Positions 10,462 through 19,089 of a DNA stretch of 64,000 nt are shown here, piece by piece (the stretch's first letter is position 1; each line of letters opens with the position of its first letter). The DNA is taken from positions 1,725 through 65,724 of IMG/VR virus record IMGVR_UViG_3300020578_000064, one strand, 5' to 3'. This stretch comes from a virus. Its lineage: Duplodnaviria > Caudoviricetes. The notes beneath the pieces were generated by a model that did no database searches, was not told the DNA's origin, and saw nothing but the letters and a program-made list of their open reading frames with translations. Made by a program: the position numbers and the translations under genes.

Positions 10462-11227
10462 GGCCGACAGGTACACAACCGCGTTCGGCGACGGGTCCCG
10501 GGAGGTTCTCGGGGCCCTTTTCGACTTCGCCGCGTGCGAGAGGGCCGACGGGTCCCGCTACGGGATCGCCGACGGCAGGCAGTGCAGGAAGGGCCGCGAG
10601 GTCGACATCGAGGGGGCCGAGTGGGAGTACCTCACGAAGGGTAACTACGGGGCCGTCGAGATCGACCGCAAGCAGGGGCTGATCCGCAAGACCAACGTGC
10701 CCGGCCGCAGCTTCGGCGAGCACGAGGCCGAGCTGCAGAAGATCATGGGCGACGCGGGCCACAGCCCCAAGCTCCACAGGGCCTCCGACAGCGAGATCGT
10801 CATGGACCTGGCGCCCGGGCGGACGATCTGGAAGGACTACAGGCCGTCCGAGGGCGAGAAGGGCGTGAGGTTCAACGAGGCGCAGGCCACGGCGGCGGCG
10901 AAGGCCGTGCTGTTCCTGCACCGCAAGGGCTTCTACCACGGCGACATGCACAGCCTGCAGTGGATGGTCGACGGCGACAGGCCGATGCTGATCGACTTCG
11001 GGCTGAGCGGCCGGACGTCCGGCGACCCGAGGAGGGCGCTGCAGGACTGGACCAAGGGCGCGCAATTCATGAACCTGGACGCCGTCGGCGGCGAGGGCGG
11101 CAGGCGCGTCCGGGACTACGTCGAGCGGTACGGGGAGGCCGGGGCGTCGAAGCCGGCGAAGGACCGGCAGGCCAAGCAGGAGCAGGTCGCCAGGGAGTAC
11201 CTGGACTGGGTCGGCTCGCTCGGGTAA
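10454..11227 (+). CDS. protein kinase-like protein with N-terminal DFA-Cys module
   Basis: DFAACERADGSRYG...QCRKG, then KGNYGAV, IRK, EHEAE, HGDMHSLQ, LIDFG. Confidence 0.8.
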   Translation: MTRADRYTTAFGDGSREVLGALFDFAACERADGSRYGIADGRQCRKGREVDIEGAEWEYLTKGNYGAVEIDRKQGLIRKTNVPGRSFGEHEAELQKIMGDAGHSPKLHRASDSEIVMDLAPGRTIWKDYRPSEGEKGVRFNEAQATAAAKAVLFLHRKGFYHGDMHSLQWMVDGDRPMLIDFGLSGRTSGDPRRALQDWTKGAQFMNLDAVGGEGGRRVRDYVERYGEAGASKPAKDRQAKQEQVAREYLDWVGSLG

Positions 11228-11270
11228 ACCCTACGAGGCGGGCTCCCGTCCCGCGTTAAAGCAGACGACC

Positions 11271-12539
11271 ATGAGAAAGGATCGCTTCACCGACGAGGCG
11301 CTGCGCAACGCGCGGGCGCTCGCCGAATTAAAGATGCAGGACTCGGAGCAGTTCTCCGAGGCTTACGACTTCGCCCGCTGCCAGCGCCCGGACGGCAGCT
11401 TCTACGGCACCAGCGGCCAGTGCCGCAAGGGCACCGAGGCCGGCGCGGCGCCCCCGCGCGAGGGCACCGGCGCGCGCGGTGGTCGGGTCGCAGCCGAGAA
11501 GGCCAAGGCCGAGGGCAAGAAGGGTGTGGAGATCCGCAAGGCGCGGCGTGAGGGCACCAAGGCCGCGGTAGAGGCTGCCCGCGCGGCGGGAGGCGCCAAG
11601 ACGTCGGCCAAGAATGCTCGCGCGCGCATGCTCAAGGACGAGCTGAGCAAGATCAGGGACAGACTCAAGGGCAAGTCCCCCGAGGAGATCAACAGGGCCA
11701 TCGCCGAGGCATCCAAGCGCGCGAGCGCGCGCGCCGCGGCCGGAGAGGGCAAAGCTGCCAAGAAGGCCCCAGTCAGGGTGGGCAAGACCGGCGAGCGCGC
11801 CGAAAATGTGAGATCCAGGGCCCAGGAGGCCTACAATAAGGCGCGCGCGATCGGCAAGAGGGAGGCCGAGGCCGTCGCCAGGCTGAGGAAGGACCCGCAG
11901 AACAAGGACCTCCTCCGCCAGGTGCAGATGCTCCGTACCGAGCGGGCGAACGAGGACGCCAGGTACAACAGCCTCACCAAGAAGGCCAAGAAGCTCGAGA
12001 GGGAGCAAGGCAAGGCCCCGATCATCAAGGAACGCGCCGAGCGGACCGAGACGGCGAAGATGGGCCGCACGGCGAGCCAGCTGACGCCGAAGGAGCAGGC
12101 CGCCCGGGCCGAGCGCCAGAAGGCGAACGAGGCCAACCGCCAGGCCCAGGCGGGCGCGGCCGGTGCGGCGAGACGGGCGGGCTCTGACGCTAAGCGCGAG
12201 GAGCGCCGCCAGCGCGACAACGAGCTCCGCGGGATGATCCGCGACAAGATGGCCGACCAGAGGGGCCGCAAGGGCGAGCTCGACAGGCTCGAGCGGGCGT
12301 ACAAGGACCAGGCCAGGAAGGTCAAGGCCGAGCCCACCAAGGAGGGCAAGGCCCGCCTTAAGGAGGTCGCGCGCCAGCTCCGCGAGCGGGAGCGCTTCTT
12401 CAATCGCGGCGAGCGCGAGCTCGAGAAGATGGGCCGCGAGCGCATGCGCATCGCCCAGCAGAACGAGCGCGAGCGCATGACCCCTGCCCAGCGCGCCGAG
12501 GCGGCACGCGTCCGCAAGATCATCAAGGAGCGCGGCTGA
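11271..12539 (+). CDS. basic Arg/Lys/Ala-rich coiled-coil protein with DFA-Cys module
   Basis: FSEAYDFARCQRPDGSFYGTSGQCRKG followed by a highly charged helical region. Confidence 0.75.
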   Translation: MRKDRFTDEALRNARALAELKMQDSEQFSEAYDFARCQRPDGSFYGTSGQCRKGTEAGAAPPREGTGARGGRVAAEKAKAEGKKGVEIRKARREGTKAAVEAARAAGGAKTSAKNARARMLKDELSKIRDRLKGKSPEEINRAIAEASKRASARAAAGEGKAAKKAPVRVGKTGERAENVRSRAQEAYNKARAIGKREAEAVARLRKDPQNKDLLRQVQMLRTERANEDARYNSLTKKAKKLEREQGKAPIIKERAERTETAKMGRTASQLTPKEQAARAERQKANEANRQAQAGAAGAARRAGSDAKREERRQRDNELRGMIRDKMADQRGRKGELDRLERAYKDQARKVKAEPTKEGKARLKEVARQLRERERFFNRGERELEKMGRERMRIAQQNERERMTPAQRAEAARVRKIIKERG

Positions 12540-12540
12540 C

Positions 12541-13413
12541 ATGGCGCGAGTCCACGACAGCATCTTCGACAACTTCAGCGAGGAGGCGCTCGAGGCGCTG
12601 GACTTCGCCCGCTGCCAGCGGGCCGACGGCTCGTTCTACGGGACGTCGGGCCAGTGCCGCAAGGGCAAGGAGGCGGGCGACAAGCCGGCCGAGCAGACGA
12701 GGGCCAAGGCGACGAAGTCCGGCGGAGTGAGCAACGAGCAGGCGATGAAGCTCCGCGCCTCCCTCACCAAGCAGATCGGCGACGCCGCGAAGTCGGGCGA
12801 TCTGGGCAAGACCAACAACCTGATGCAAGCCCTCGCGGCCGTCGAAGGCCAGCTCAAGGCCAGGGGCGTCAATCTTTCCGGCGGCGGGGCAATGGCCGAC
12901 GCCAAGGCCGACCGGATGTCCGTGCTCAAAGAGCGAATCGCCGCCGCCAAGGCGTCCGGCGACAAGAAGAAGCTGAAAGATCTACGGAACGAACTCCAGG
13001 GCCTGCAACGCAACGCGAAGGTCGAGGCCGAAGCCCGGCGCACCGGCCGGACGTTCGACGACGTGGCCCGCGAGCGAGCCGCCAGGGCGGACGCCAAGAT
13101 CAAGGCACGCATCGCGGCCAGGTATCCCCGGATGTTCGCAAACAAGCCAGGGGCGGCCAAGGGCGGCGCAATGGCCGACGCCAAGGCCGGCGAGCGCGAG
13201 GTCGCCCGCGGCGAGAAGTTCATCGGCCGCGCCCGCGCCGCGATGAAGAGGCTCTCCAACGAGCGCAACGTCGCCCAGATGCGCCTGCAGATCGGCCGCG
13301 TGAACCAGATCGACGAGGCCATGAAGCGCCTCAGGAAGAAGGCCGAGCAGGTCGGCGGGCGGCTCGACGAGCTGACCGGCACCAAGGGCCAGGGCAAGTA
13401 CTACGTGAGCTGA
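12541..13413 (+). CDS. basic helical protein with DFA-Cys module
   Basis: FSEEALEALDFARCQRADGSFYGTSGQCRKG; internal GGAMADAKA duplication. Confidence 0.75.
   Translation: MARVHDSIFDNFSEEALEALDFARCQRADGSFYGTSGQCRKGKEAGDKPAEQTRAKATKSGGVSNEQAMKLRASLTKQIGDAAKSGDLGKTNNLMQALAAVEGQLKARGVNLSGGGAMADAKADRMSVLKERIAAAKASGDKKKLKDLRNELQGLQRNAKVEAEARRTGRTFDDVARERAARADAKIKARIAARYPRMFANKPGAAKGGAMADAKAGEREVARGEKFIGRARAAMKRLSNERNVAQMRLQIGRVNQIDEAMKRLRKKAEQVGGRLDELTGTKGQGKYYVS
12889..13189 (+). repeat. 22-nt direct repeat GCAATGGCCGACGCCAAGGCCG (12889-12910 and 13168-13189)
   Basis: Exact copies within one CDS. Confidence 0.7.
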
Positions 13414-13832
13414 TGAACAACTTCGGACGCATCAACCCAGAGGCCCTCGAGTGGGCCGAGAACCCGGAGTGGGCCGAGAAGTACGGGGACATCGACTTCC
13501 GCCCGCCCCAGTCCGTCGCGGACGCGGCGGCCCGCGGGCTCGAGCTGCGCAAGAAGACCGGCCGCGGCGGCTTCAGCACGAAGCAGGCGGCCGAGGAGGG
13601 CGTCGGCTCCGGCGTCCAGCGCGCCGCGTCGCTGAAGAACCGCCAGAGCCTGTCCCCCGCTACGATAGGGCGCATGGTGAGCTTTTTCGCCCGCCACTCC
13701 GCGTACAAGAAGAACCACACGATGAGCCCCCCGTCCAACAGCCTCATCTCCTGGCTGCTCTGGGGCGGCGACCCGGGCAGGGCCTGGGCCGAGAAGGTCA
13801 AGGCGCAGATGGACCGTGCGGATGAAAAATGA
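13413..13832 (+). CDS. conserved phage protein (type seen near head-morphogenesis genes)
   Basis: True start is ATG 13413 (TGATG overlap). PPQSV..AA.RGLE...LS..TI.RM.SFFARH...ISWLLWGGD.G.AWA motif. Confidence 0.7.
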   Translation: MNNFGRINPEALEWAENPEWAEKYGDIDFRPPQSVADAAARGLELRKKTGRGGFSTKQAAEEGVGSGVQRAASLKNRQSLSPATIGRMVSFFARHSAYKKNHTMSPPSNSLISWLLWGGDPGRAWAEKVKAQMDRADEK

Positions 13833-15037
13833 AGCGCACCCACCTAATCTTTTCGGAGGACGCCCTCGCGGTGCTCGACTTCGCGCGGTGCCAGCGTGCG
13901 GACGGCTCGTACTACGGGACCGGCGGCCAGTGCAGGAAGGGTAAGGAGGTCGGCCCGCGCGAGATGAAGATCCTCAGGGACGCCGCCGCCAAGGGCAACA
14001 AGAAGGCCCAGATAGCTCTCGAGGTGGTCGAGGGGCGGAAGAGCAAGGAGGACGCCATCAAGGAGCTCCGGGCCATCAACGCCAAGCCGGCCGCGGCGCC
14101 AGCCGCCCCCAAGGAGGAGGCGCCCAAGAAGGAGGAGCCGGCGAAGCCCGCCAAGATCGAACTGTCCATGGACGGCCTCAAGGGCGCGCCGGACGGCTCG
14201 GAGGTACAGGTCGGCGACGATACCTACGTCAAGAAGGACGGGAAATACTTCTGGAAGAAGGCCGACGGGACGCTCGGCGGCCTCGACTACAGCCCCAAGG
14301 AGATCTACGAGGAGGCGGCCCTGAAGGGCGTGGCCGTCAAGCCGGGAGGGGGCGACCCTAGGTCGCTGGCCGGCCGGTACGAGAGCGCCAAGACCCTGGG
14401 CGAGGGCGGCTTCGCGCAGGTCCGCCGCACGGAGGACGGCACCGTCATCAAGAAGGGCGAGCTCGGGCCCGAGGAGGTCGCGGCCCAGAAGAAGCTCGAG
14501 GGCGTGGACGGCGTCCCCAAGATCAAGGGCAACGAGGGCAACCTCATCGAGATGGAACTCGCCAGGGGCAGGGCGATCATGGATACCGACCTGCTGTATG
14601 ACGGCCCGAGCAAGGCGTCAGCCAAGGCGGCGGACGAGCTGGTCCGGCTGAACCGCGACATGCACAAGCGCGGCGTGAGCCACGGCGACCAGCACGACGG
14701 CAACTTCTTCTACGACAGCGCGACGGGCAAGGGCGGCCTGATCGACTTCGGTATGGCCAAGACGTCGCCGGTGTCGGCGCTGCAGGAGGGCCTCACCCTC
14801 GGCTCGAGCGGGGACTTCAAGAGCGGCAGCATGCTGTCGGACCTGGCCGGCCCGAGGTCCGGCAGCGGGCCCAGGTCCAACGCCGGCCCGATGCTCGCCA
14901 GGTTCGAGCAGAATCAGGAGGCCGTCGCCAAGCAGATGAAGGCCGACGGCTTCGACCCGGCCCAGCCGCTCGACCGCCAGGGCATCTCGCGCTCGCAGGC
15001 CGAAAAGTACATCGACAGCCTCTACGAGGGAGTGTGA
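13829..15037 (+). CDS. protein kinase-like protein with DFA-Cys module
   Basis: DFARCQRADGSYYGTGGQCRKG; LGEGGFAQV, VIKKG, HGDQHDGN, LIDFG. Confidence 0.82.
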   Translation: MKRTHLIFSEDALAVLDFARCQRADGSYYGTGGQCRKGKEVGPREMKILRDAAAKGNKKAQIALEVVEGRKSKEDAIKELRAINAKPAAAPAAPKEEAPKKEEPAKPAKIELSMDGLKGAPDGSEVQVGDDTYVKKDGKYFWKKADGTLGGLDYSPKEIYEEAALKGVAVKPGGGDPRSLAGRYESAKTLGEGGFAQVRRTEDGTVIKKGELGPEEVAAQKKLEGVDGVPKIKGNEGNLIEMELARGRAIMDTDLLYDGPSKASAKAADELVRLNRDMHKRGVSHGDQHDGNFFYDSATGKGGLIDFGMAKTSPVSALQEGLTLGSSGDFKSGSMLSDLAGPRSGSGPRSNAGPMLARFEQNQEAVAKQMKADGFDPAQPLDRQGISRSQAEKYIDSLYEGV

Positions 15038-15038
15038 C

Positions 15039-15191
15039 ATGAGCAACTACGTCAAGGTGATGGAGCAGTACAAGATCGCTCGCCGCGCCGGGCGCGACGA
15101 CGACGCCAGGGCGCTGCTCGAGAAGGCCCGCAAGATGGTAAAAGCAAAGAAAGTGTCCGAAGACGAGATGATCGCGGGGGCCTACATCTGA
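15039..15191 (+). CDS. 50-aa helical protein following a kinase (not in ORF track)
   Basis: MSNYVKVMEQYKIARRAGRDDDARALLEKARKMVKAKKVSEDEMIAGAYI; fills the gap exactly, TGATG coupling; paralog at 18934. Confidence 0.8.
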   Translation: MSNYVKVMEQYKIARRAGRDDDARALLEKARKMVKAKKVSEDEMIAGAYI

Positions 15192-16531
15192 TGGCGCGCC
15201 TGAAGCAGCACGGCGGCTGGAACCCGAGCCTCGAGACGAGAGCCAGGGGGGTACTCGCGCTCCGCTACTCCGAGCCGGCCGGCTCGCTCGAGTTCGCCAA
15301 GGCCGGGACAGGTATCCCGTGCGGCGAGAGCTTCATCTCGTCCGCTAAGGAGTGCAGGCTCGATGCCGGCGAGCGCAAGAGGCTGATCGACAGCCTCGGC
15401 GCCTCCGGCGAGACCAGGAAGAAGCTCGAGGAGCTCGACGACAAGCAGCTCAGCCGCGTGGCCGAGGGCGTCAAGAAGAAGCTCAGCGTCGAGCAGGCCG
15501 TGAGGGCATCCAACACCGTCGACACGCTATCCGCGACGGTCTCGGGCGGCAGGCAGGCCGCCGGCGTGACCCTGCAGGACCCGGGCGAGGCCGCGAAGTA
15601 CGTCAAGTTCTACGAGAGCGGCGGCGACCGGACCTACAGGCCGCCCCACGACACCTCTGAGGCCGAGGTCAATTTTGTCATCGACAGGATGAAGGCCGAG
15701 AAGACCTGGGGCAAGGTGAGCGGCAAGCTCGACGGCAAGGGGACCCCCGAGGCCGGCATGCGCGCCGAGGCGTGGGGCGACCAGCCCAAGGACGCCCGCG
15801 CCAAGGCCGTCCTCAAGTCTCTCATGGACAACGACTTCAAGGACGTCAACGGCAAGTTCCTGCCCTGGAGCACAGGCATGCAGCTCGACCACAGGCTGGC
15901 GGGCTCGATGGGCGGCAAGGACTCGCCCAACAACTGGATCTGGGTGAGCACCGCCACGAACCAGACGAAGGGTAACATCGAGGCCGGCGTCCGCGCCAAG
16001 GGCCTCACGGGTAAGGCGGCGGAGGACTACCTCAACACGCAGCTGCTCAAGAAGCTCAGGGAGAACGCCGCGATGTCAGCGGACGAGGTGGCCAGGGTCA
16101 AGGGCGCCGGCAGCGCGGCGGCGGCCGAAAAGGCCCAGCGCCGCCAGGCGCTCAAGGAGAACATGCCGCTGATGACGCAGAAGCAGATCGGCGACATGCT
16201 GGCCACGGCGAAGATGGGCGAGATCAAGGACATGCTGCAGGCGTCGGTCCAGGGCAGCGCCGGGGCCGCGTGGGTCAAGAAGGGCGGGTCGAGGGGCCAG
16301 ACGGCGTACCCGACCGTGGGCGAGGGCAGGGCGCTCGTCCGCATGCGCTGGGGCTTCAAGCTCGAGGAGTCCGACCTCAAGAGCATCGGCCAGGCGATCG
16401 CGAGCTCCAAGAACGACTCGCGCCCGCGGTCGGAGATCCTGAAGGACGTGGAGGCCCGCTTCGGCCCCACCAGCGGCCTGACGGCCGCGGAGCGGGTGGC
16501 GATCCTGAACGCGGCCGGAGGGGAGGGCTGA
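15191..16531 (+). CDS. HNH-nuclease-domain protein with variant Cys module
   Basis: EFA...CGESFISSAKECR at the N-terminus; QLDHRLAGSMGGKDSPNNWIWVSTATNQTKG is an HNH-type motif. Confidence 0.72.
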   Translation: MARLKQHGGWNPSLETRARGVLALRYSEPAGSLEFAKAGTGIPCGESFISSAKECRLDAGERKRLIDSLGASGETRKKLEELDDKQLSRVAEGVKKKLSVEQAVRASNTVDTLSATVSGGRQAAGVTLQDPGEAAKYVKFYESGGDRTYRPPHDTSEAEVNFVIDRMKAEKTWGKVSGKLDGKGTPEAGMRAEAWGDQPKDARAKAVLKSLMDNDFKDVNGKFLPWSTGMQLDHRLAGSMGGKDSPNNWIWVSTATNQTKGNIEAGVRAKGLTGKAAEDYLNTQLLKKLRENAAMSADEVARVKGAGSAAAAEKAQRRQALKENMPLMTQKQIGDMLATAKMGEIKDMLQASVQGSAGAAWVKKGGSRGQTAYPTVGEGRALVRMRWGFKLEESDLKSIGQAIASSKNDSRPRSEILKDVEARFGPTSGLTAAERVAILNAAGGEG

Positions 16532-16532
16532 C

Positions 16533-18893
16533 ATGGACAAGCTAACGCAGCACGGCGGCTTCGACCCGTCGCTCGAGAGCGAGGTGCGCGACGCGCTGCT
16601 CGCCGAGTTCACGGAGGGCGGCGGCGCCGGGGACTTCGACTTCGCGCAGGTCTGCCAGCGGCCCGACGGCAGCGTCTACGGGACGCAGGGCCAGTGCCGC
16701 AAGGGCACGCCCATCTCCTACCGCCCGGGCGACCGCCAGGGCGACGTGTACAACAAGGGCCGCGCGGCCGGCATGAGGGTCGAGTCGATCCTCGACGAGA
16801 ACAAACGCCTCCGCGAGGAGAAGGGTCTCAAGATGGTCAAGGGCCCAGAGGCTGTACAGTCGCTGGTCCGCAGGCTGAACGAGCGGATGGGCGTGACGCA
16901 GAGGCCCGCCGACGTCAAGGGCGTGAAGACCCCGGAGCAGGCGGCAAAGGCCATCAAGGGCGCCGAGCCCAAGAAGGAGAAGCTCACCGGCGTCGTCAAC
17001 GAGAAGTTCCTCAACGTTCGCAACGCGCGCGAACTCCAGAAGATCCTCGACGAGCGGCAGCTCAACGCGGGCCAGAGGAAGAAGATCGAGGAGGCCCTGG
17101 CCGCGAGGGCCAGCGAGGTCGGGCGCGTCCGCGGCATGGGCAACGAAACGCTGGACCGCCGCGTCCGCGGGCTCGAGCAGGAGCGCTACCTGGCCGGGCC
17201 GTATTATGATGTTGTTCGCAAAGTGCTGGAGCGCGCCAAACTCGGCCGCGACCCGGACCAGATCAAGCGGGCCCAGGAGGCCTTCGATAGGGTACGGGCC
17301 GAGGACATGTCCCGCTTCAGGAAGGATCGCGAGGCCAGGGGCGAGCAGATGGCGCGCCGCAAGGGTGAGGCAGCCGCGCCGGTCAAGGAGACCAAGAAGC
17401 CCGCGAAGGCGGCCCAGGAAAAGCCCTCGATGCAGGTCAACAAGCGGTTCCTGAAGAAGGAGACCACGCAGAAGCTGCAGGAGTACCTGGACAACCGCAA
17501 GCTCTACGCCTACCAGCGGAAGGCCATCGAGGCCGAGCTGAAACGGCGCGAGCAGGGCGGCAGGGGCGCCGAGCCCAAACCGGCCGCGAAGCCGCGCGAC
17601 GCGCAGGCGCGCAAGGCGGCCATCGAGGATGTCAACAGGCAGATTGAGGCAATCAGACGCAGGCGCAACGAGCCGGCGTACCAGAAGCCGGACCAGAAGG
17701 CGTTCCTCGACAGCCTCGAGAAGGGCCTGATCCGCAAGCGCATGGACATCGAGGCCGGCGTCGCGCCAGTCAAGGCGGGGGCGAAGGACGCCAGCACCGC
17801 CGTCCTGATGAAGCGCGCGGCGCAGCCGGGGTCGGCTGGCAGGGAGGCCCGGCGCGAGCTTGGTCAGAAGCTACGGGAGAAGAATGCAAAGCTCGCCGCC
17901 CAGCCCGAGATAGCCTCGGCCAAGCCAAAGCAAATCAACCAGAAGTTCCTCGCTCAGCCGACCGACAAGCTGCAGGCGGTGCTCCGCCGCGGGGACCTCG
18001 GCGCGGCCCAGCGCCGGAAGATCGAGGAGGAGCTCGGCGGCCGCGGGGTGACACCCGCCGGCCCCGTGAAGGTCACTGCTGGTATGACGACCGCCACAGC
18101 CGTGAAGGCCGGCTGGAAGCTCGACCGGGCGGTAAAAGACTACGATCCGATCGCTACCTACGGCCAGACCAACAATCGGCTGCTGGCCAAAGGAGCGTTC
18201 GGCGCTGCCTACCGCACCGACGGCCCGCCGCCCGGCGTCATCAAGCAGGGCAAGATCGGAGAGCACGAGGCCGAGGTGTGGCAGAAGCTCCAGAGCACCG
18301 GCCGCGTCCCCGAGTTCCACGGGGCAGTCGTCAGTCCGAACATGCGCGTTGTCGGCGCCGGCTATGGCGGCCACGTGAAGGAGGGCCAGGGCTACCTCGG
18401 CATCGGCGAGGCCAAGGGCGTCCCGGTCGGCCAGTACAACCCCCGCTCGGCCGCCGAGAAGAACAAGGTCCTCGAGGAGTACATCCGGACCCGCCGCGAC
18501 ATCCACCTGGCCGGCGTCGCCCACAACGACATGCACGGCAACAACGTCTTCTACGACAAGGCGACCGGCCGCATGCAGGCGATCGACTTCGGCCTGGCGC
18601 AGCCCAGCTACAAGGCCGCCCTCATGGAGGCCTTCGGCACGAACCAGGGCGACTGGCAGTCCGAGCGGTTCATCGGCCGCTACAAGGCGAGCGGCGGCGA
18701 GGCCCCGGCCTACTACCGCTTCCGCCGCAACCAGGAGAGGGTCAACCGCGCGCTCGAGGAGCTCGACATCGACACCAACCGCATGCGCGGCATGGGCATC
18801 CGGAACAAGCCGGAGCACATCGACCGGGTCCTCGACGGCATGTCGGAGACGGCCGCCAAAGCGTACGTCGAGATGCTGTACGACGGCGTCTAG
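16533..18893 (+). CDS. large protein: DFA-Cys module, three helical repeats, C-terminal protein kinase
   Basis: DFAQVCQRPDGSVYGTQGQCRKG; LAKGAFGAAY, VIKQG, EHEAE, HNDMHGNN, IDFG. Confidence 0.82.
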   Translation: MDKLTQHGGFDPSLESEVRDALLAEFTEGGGAGDFDFAQVCQRPDGSVYGTQGQCRKGTPISYRPGDRQGDVYNKGRAAGMRVESILDENKRLREEKGLKMVKGPEAVQSLVRRLNERMGVTQRPADVKGVKTPEQAAKAIKGAEPKKEKLTGVVNEKFLNVRNARELQKILDERQLNAGQRKKIEEALAARASEVGRVRGMGNETLDRRVRGLEQERYLAGPYYDVVRKVLERAKLGRDPDQIKRAQEAFDRVRAEDMSRFRKDREARGEQMARRKGEAAAPVKETKKPAKAAQEKPSMQVNKRFLKKETTQKLQEYLDNRKLYAYQRKAIEAELKRREQGGRGAEPKPAAKPRDAQARKAAIEDVNRQIEAIRRRRNEPAYQKPDQKAFLDSLEKGLIRKRMDIEAGVAPVKAGAKDASTAVLMKRAAQPGSAGREARRELGQKLREKNAKLAAQPEIASAKPKQINQKFLAQPTDKLQAVLRRGDLGAAQRRKIEEELGGRGVTPAGPVKVTAGMTTATAVKAGWKLDRAVKDYDPIATYGQTNNRLLAKGAFGAAYRTDGPPPGVIKQGKIGEHEAEVWQKLQSTGRVPEFHGAVVSPNMRVVGAGYGGHVKEGQGYLGIGEAKGVPVGQYNPRSAAEKNKVLEEYIRTRRDIHLAGVAHNDMHGNNVFYDKATGRMQAIDFGLAQPSYKAALMEAFGTNQGDWQSERFIGRYKASGGEAPAYYRFRRNQERVNRALEELDIDTNRMRGMGIRNKPEHIDRVLDGMSETAAKAYVEMLYDGV

Positions 18894-18933
18894 CCCGCAT
18901 AATACCACGAAGAGCACCGACACCACACACACC

Positions 18934-19089
18934 ATGGCCAGCAAGTACGTGGAGCTGATGACCAAGCGCAAGGCCGCCCTGTTCAAGGGCGACGAGGCGG
19001 AGGCCGAGCGGCTCCTCACACTAGCCGAGCAGCTCGCAGAGCGCGGCAAGGTATCCGACGACGAATTTTTGGCGGCAGCCTACCTATGA
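18934..19089 (+). CDS. 51-aa helical protein following a kinase (not in ORF track)
   Basis: MASKYVELMTKRKAALFKGDEAEAERLLTLAEQLAERGKVSDDEFLAAAYL; ATGA overlap with the next gene; paralog of 15039. Confidence 0.8.
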   Translation: MASKYVELMTKRKAALFKGDEAEAERLLTLAEQLAERGKVSDDEFLAAAYL

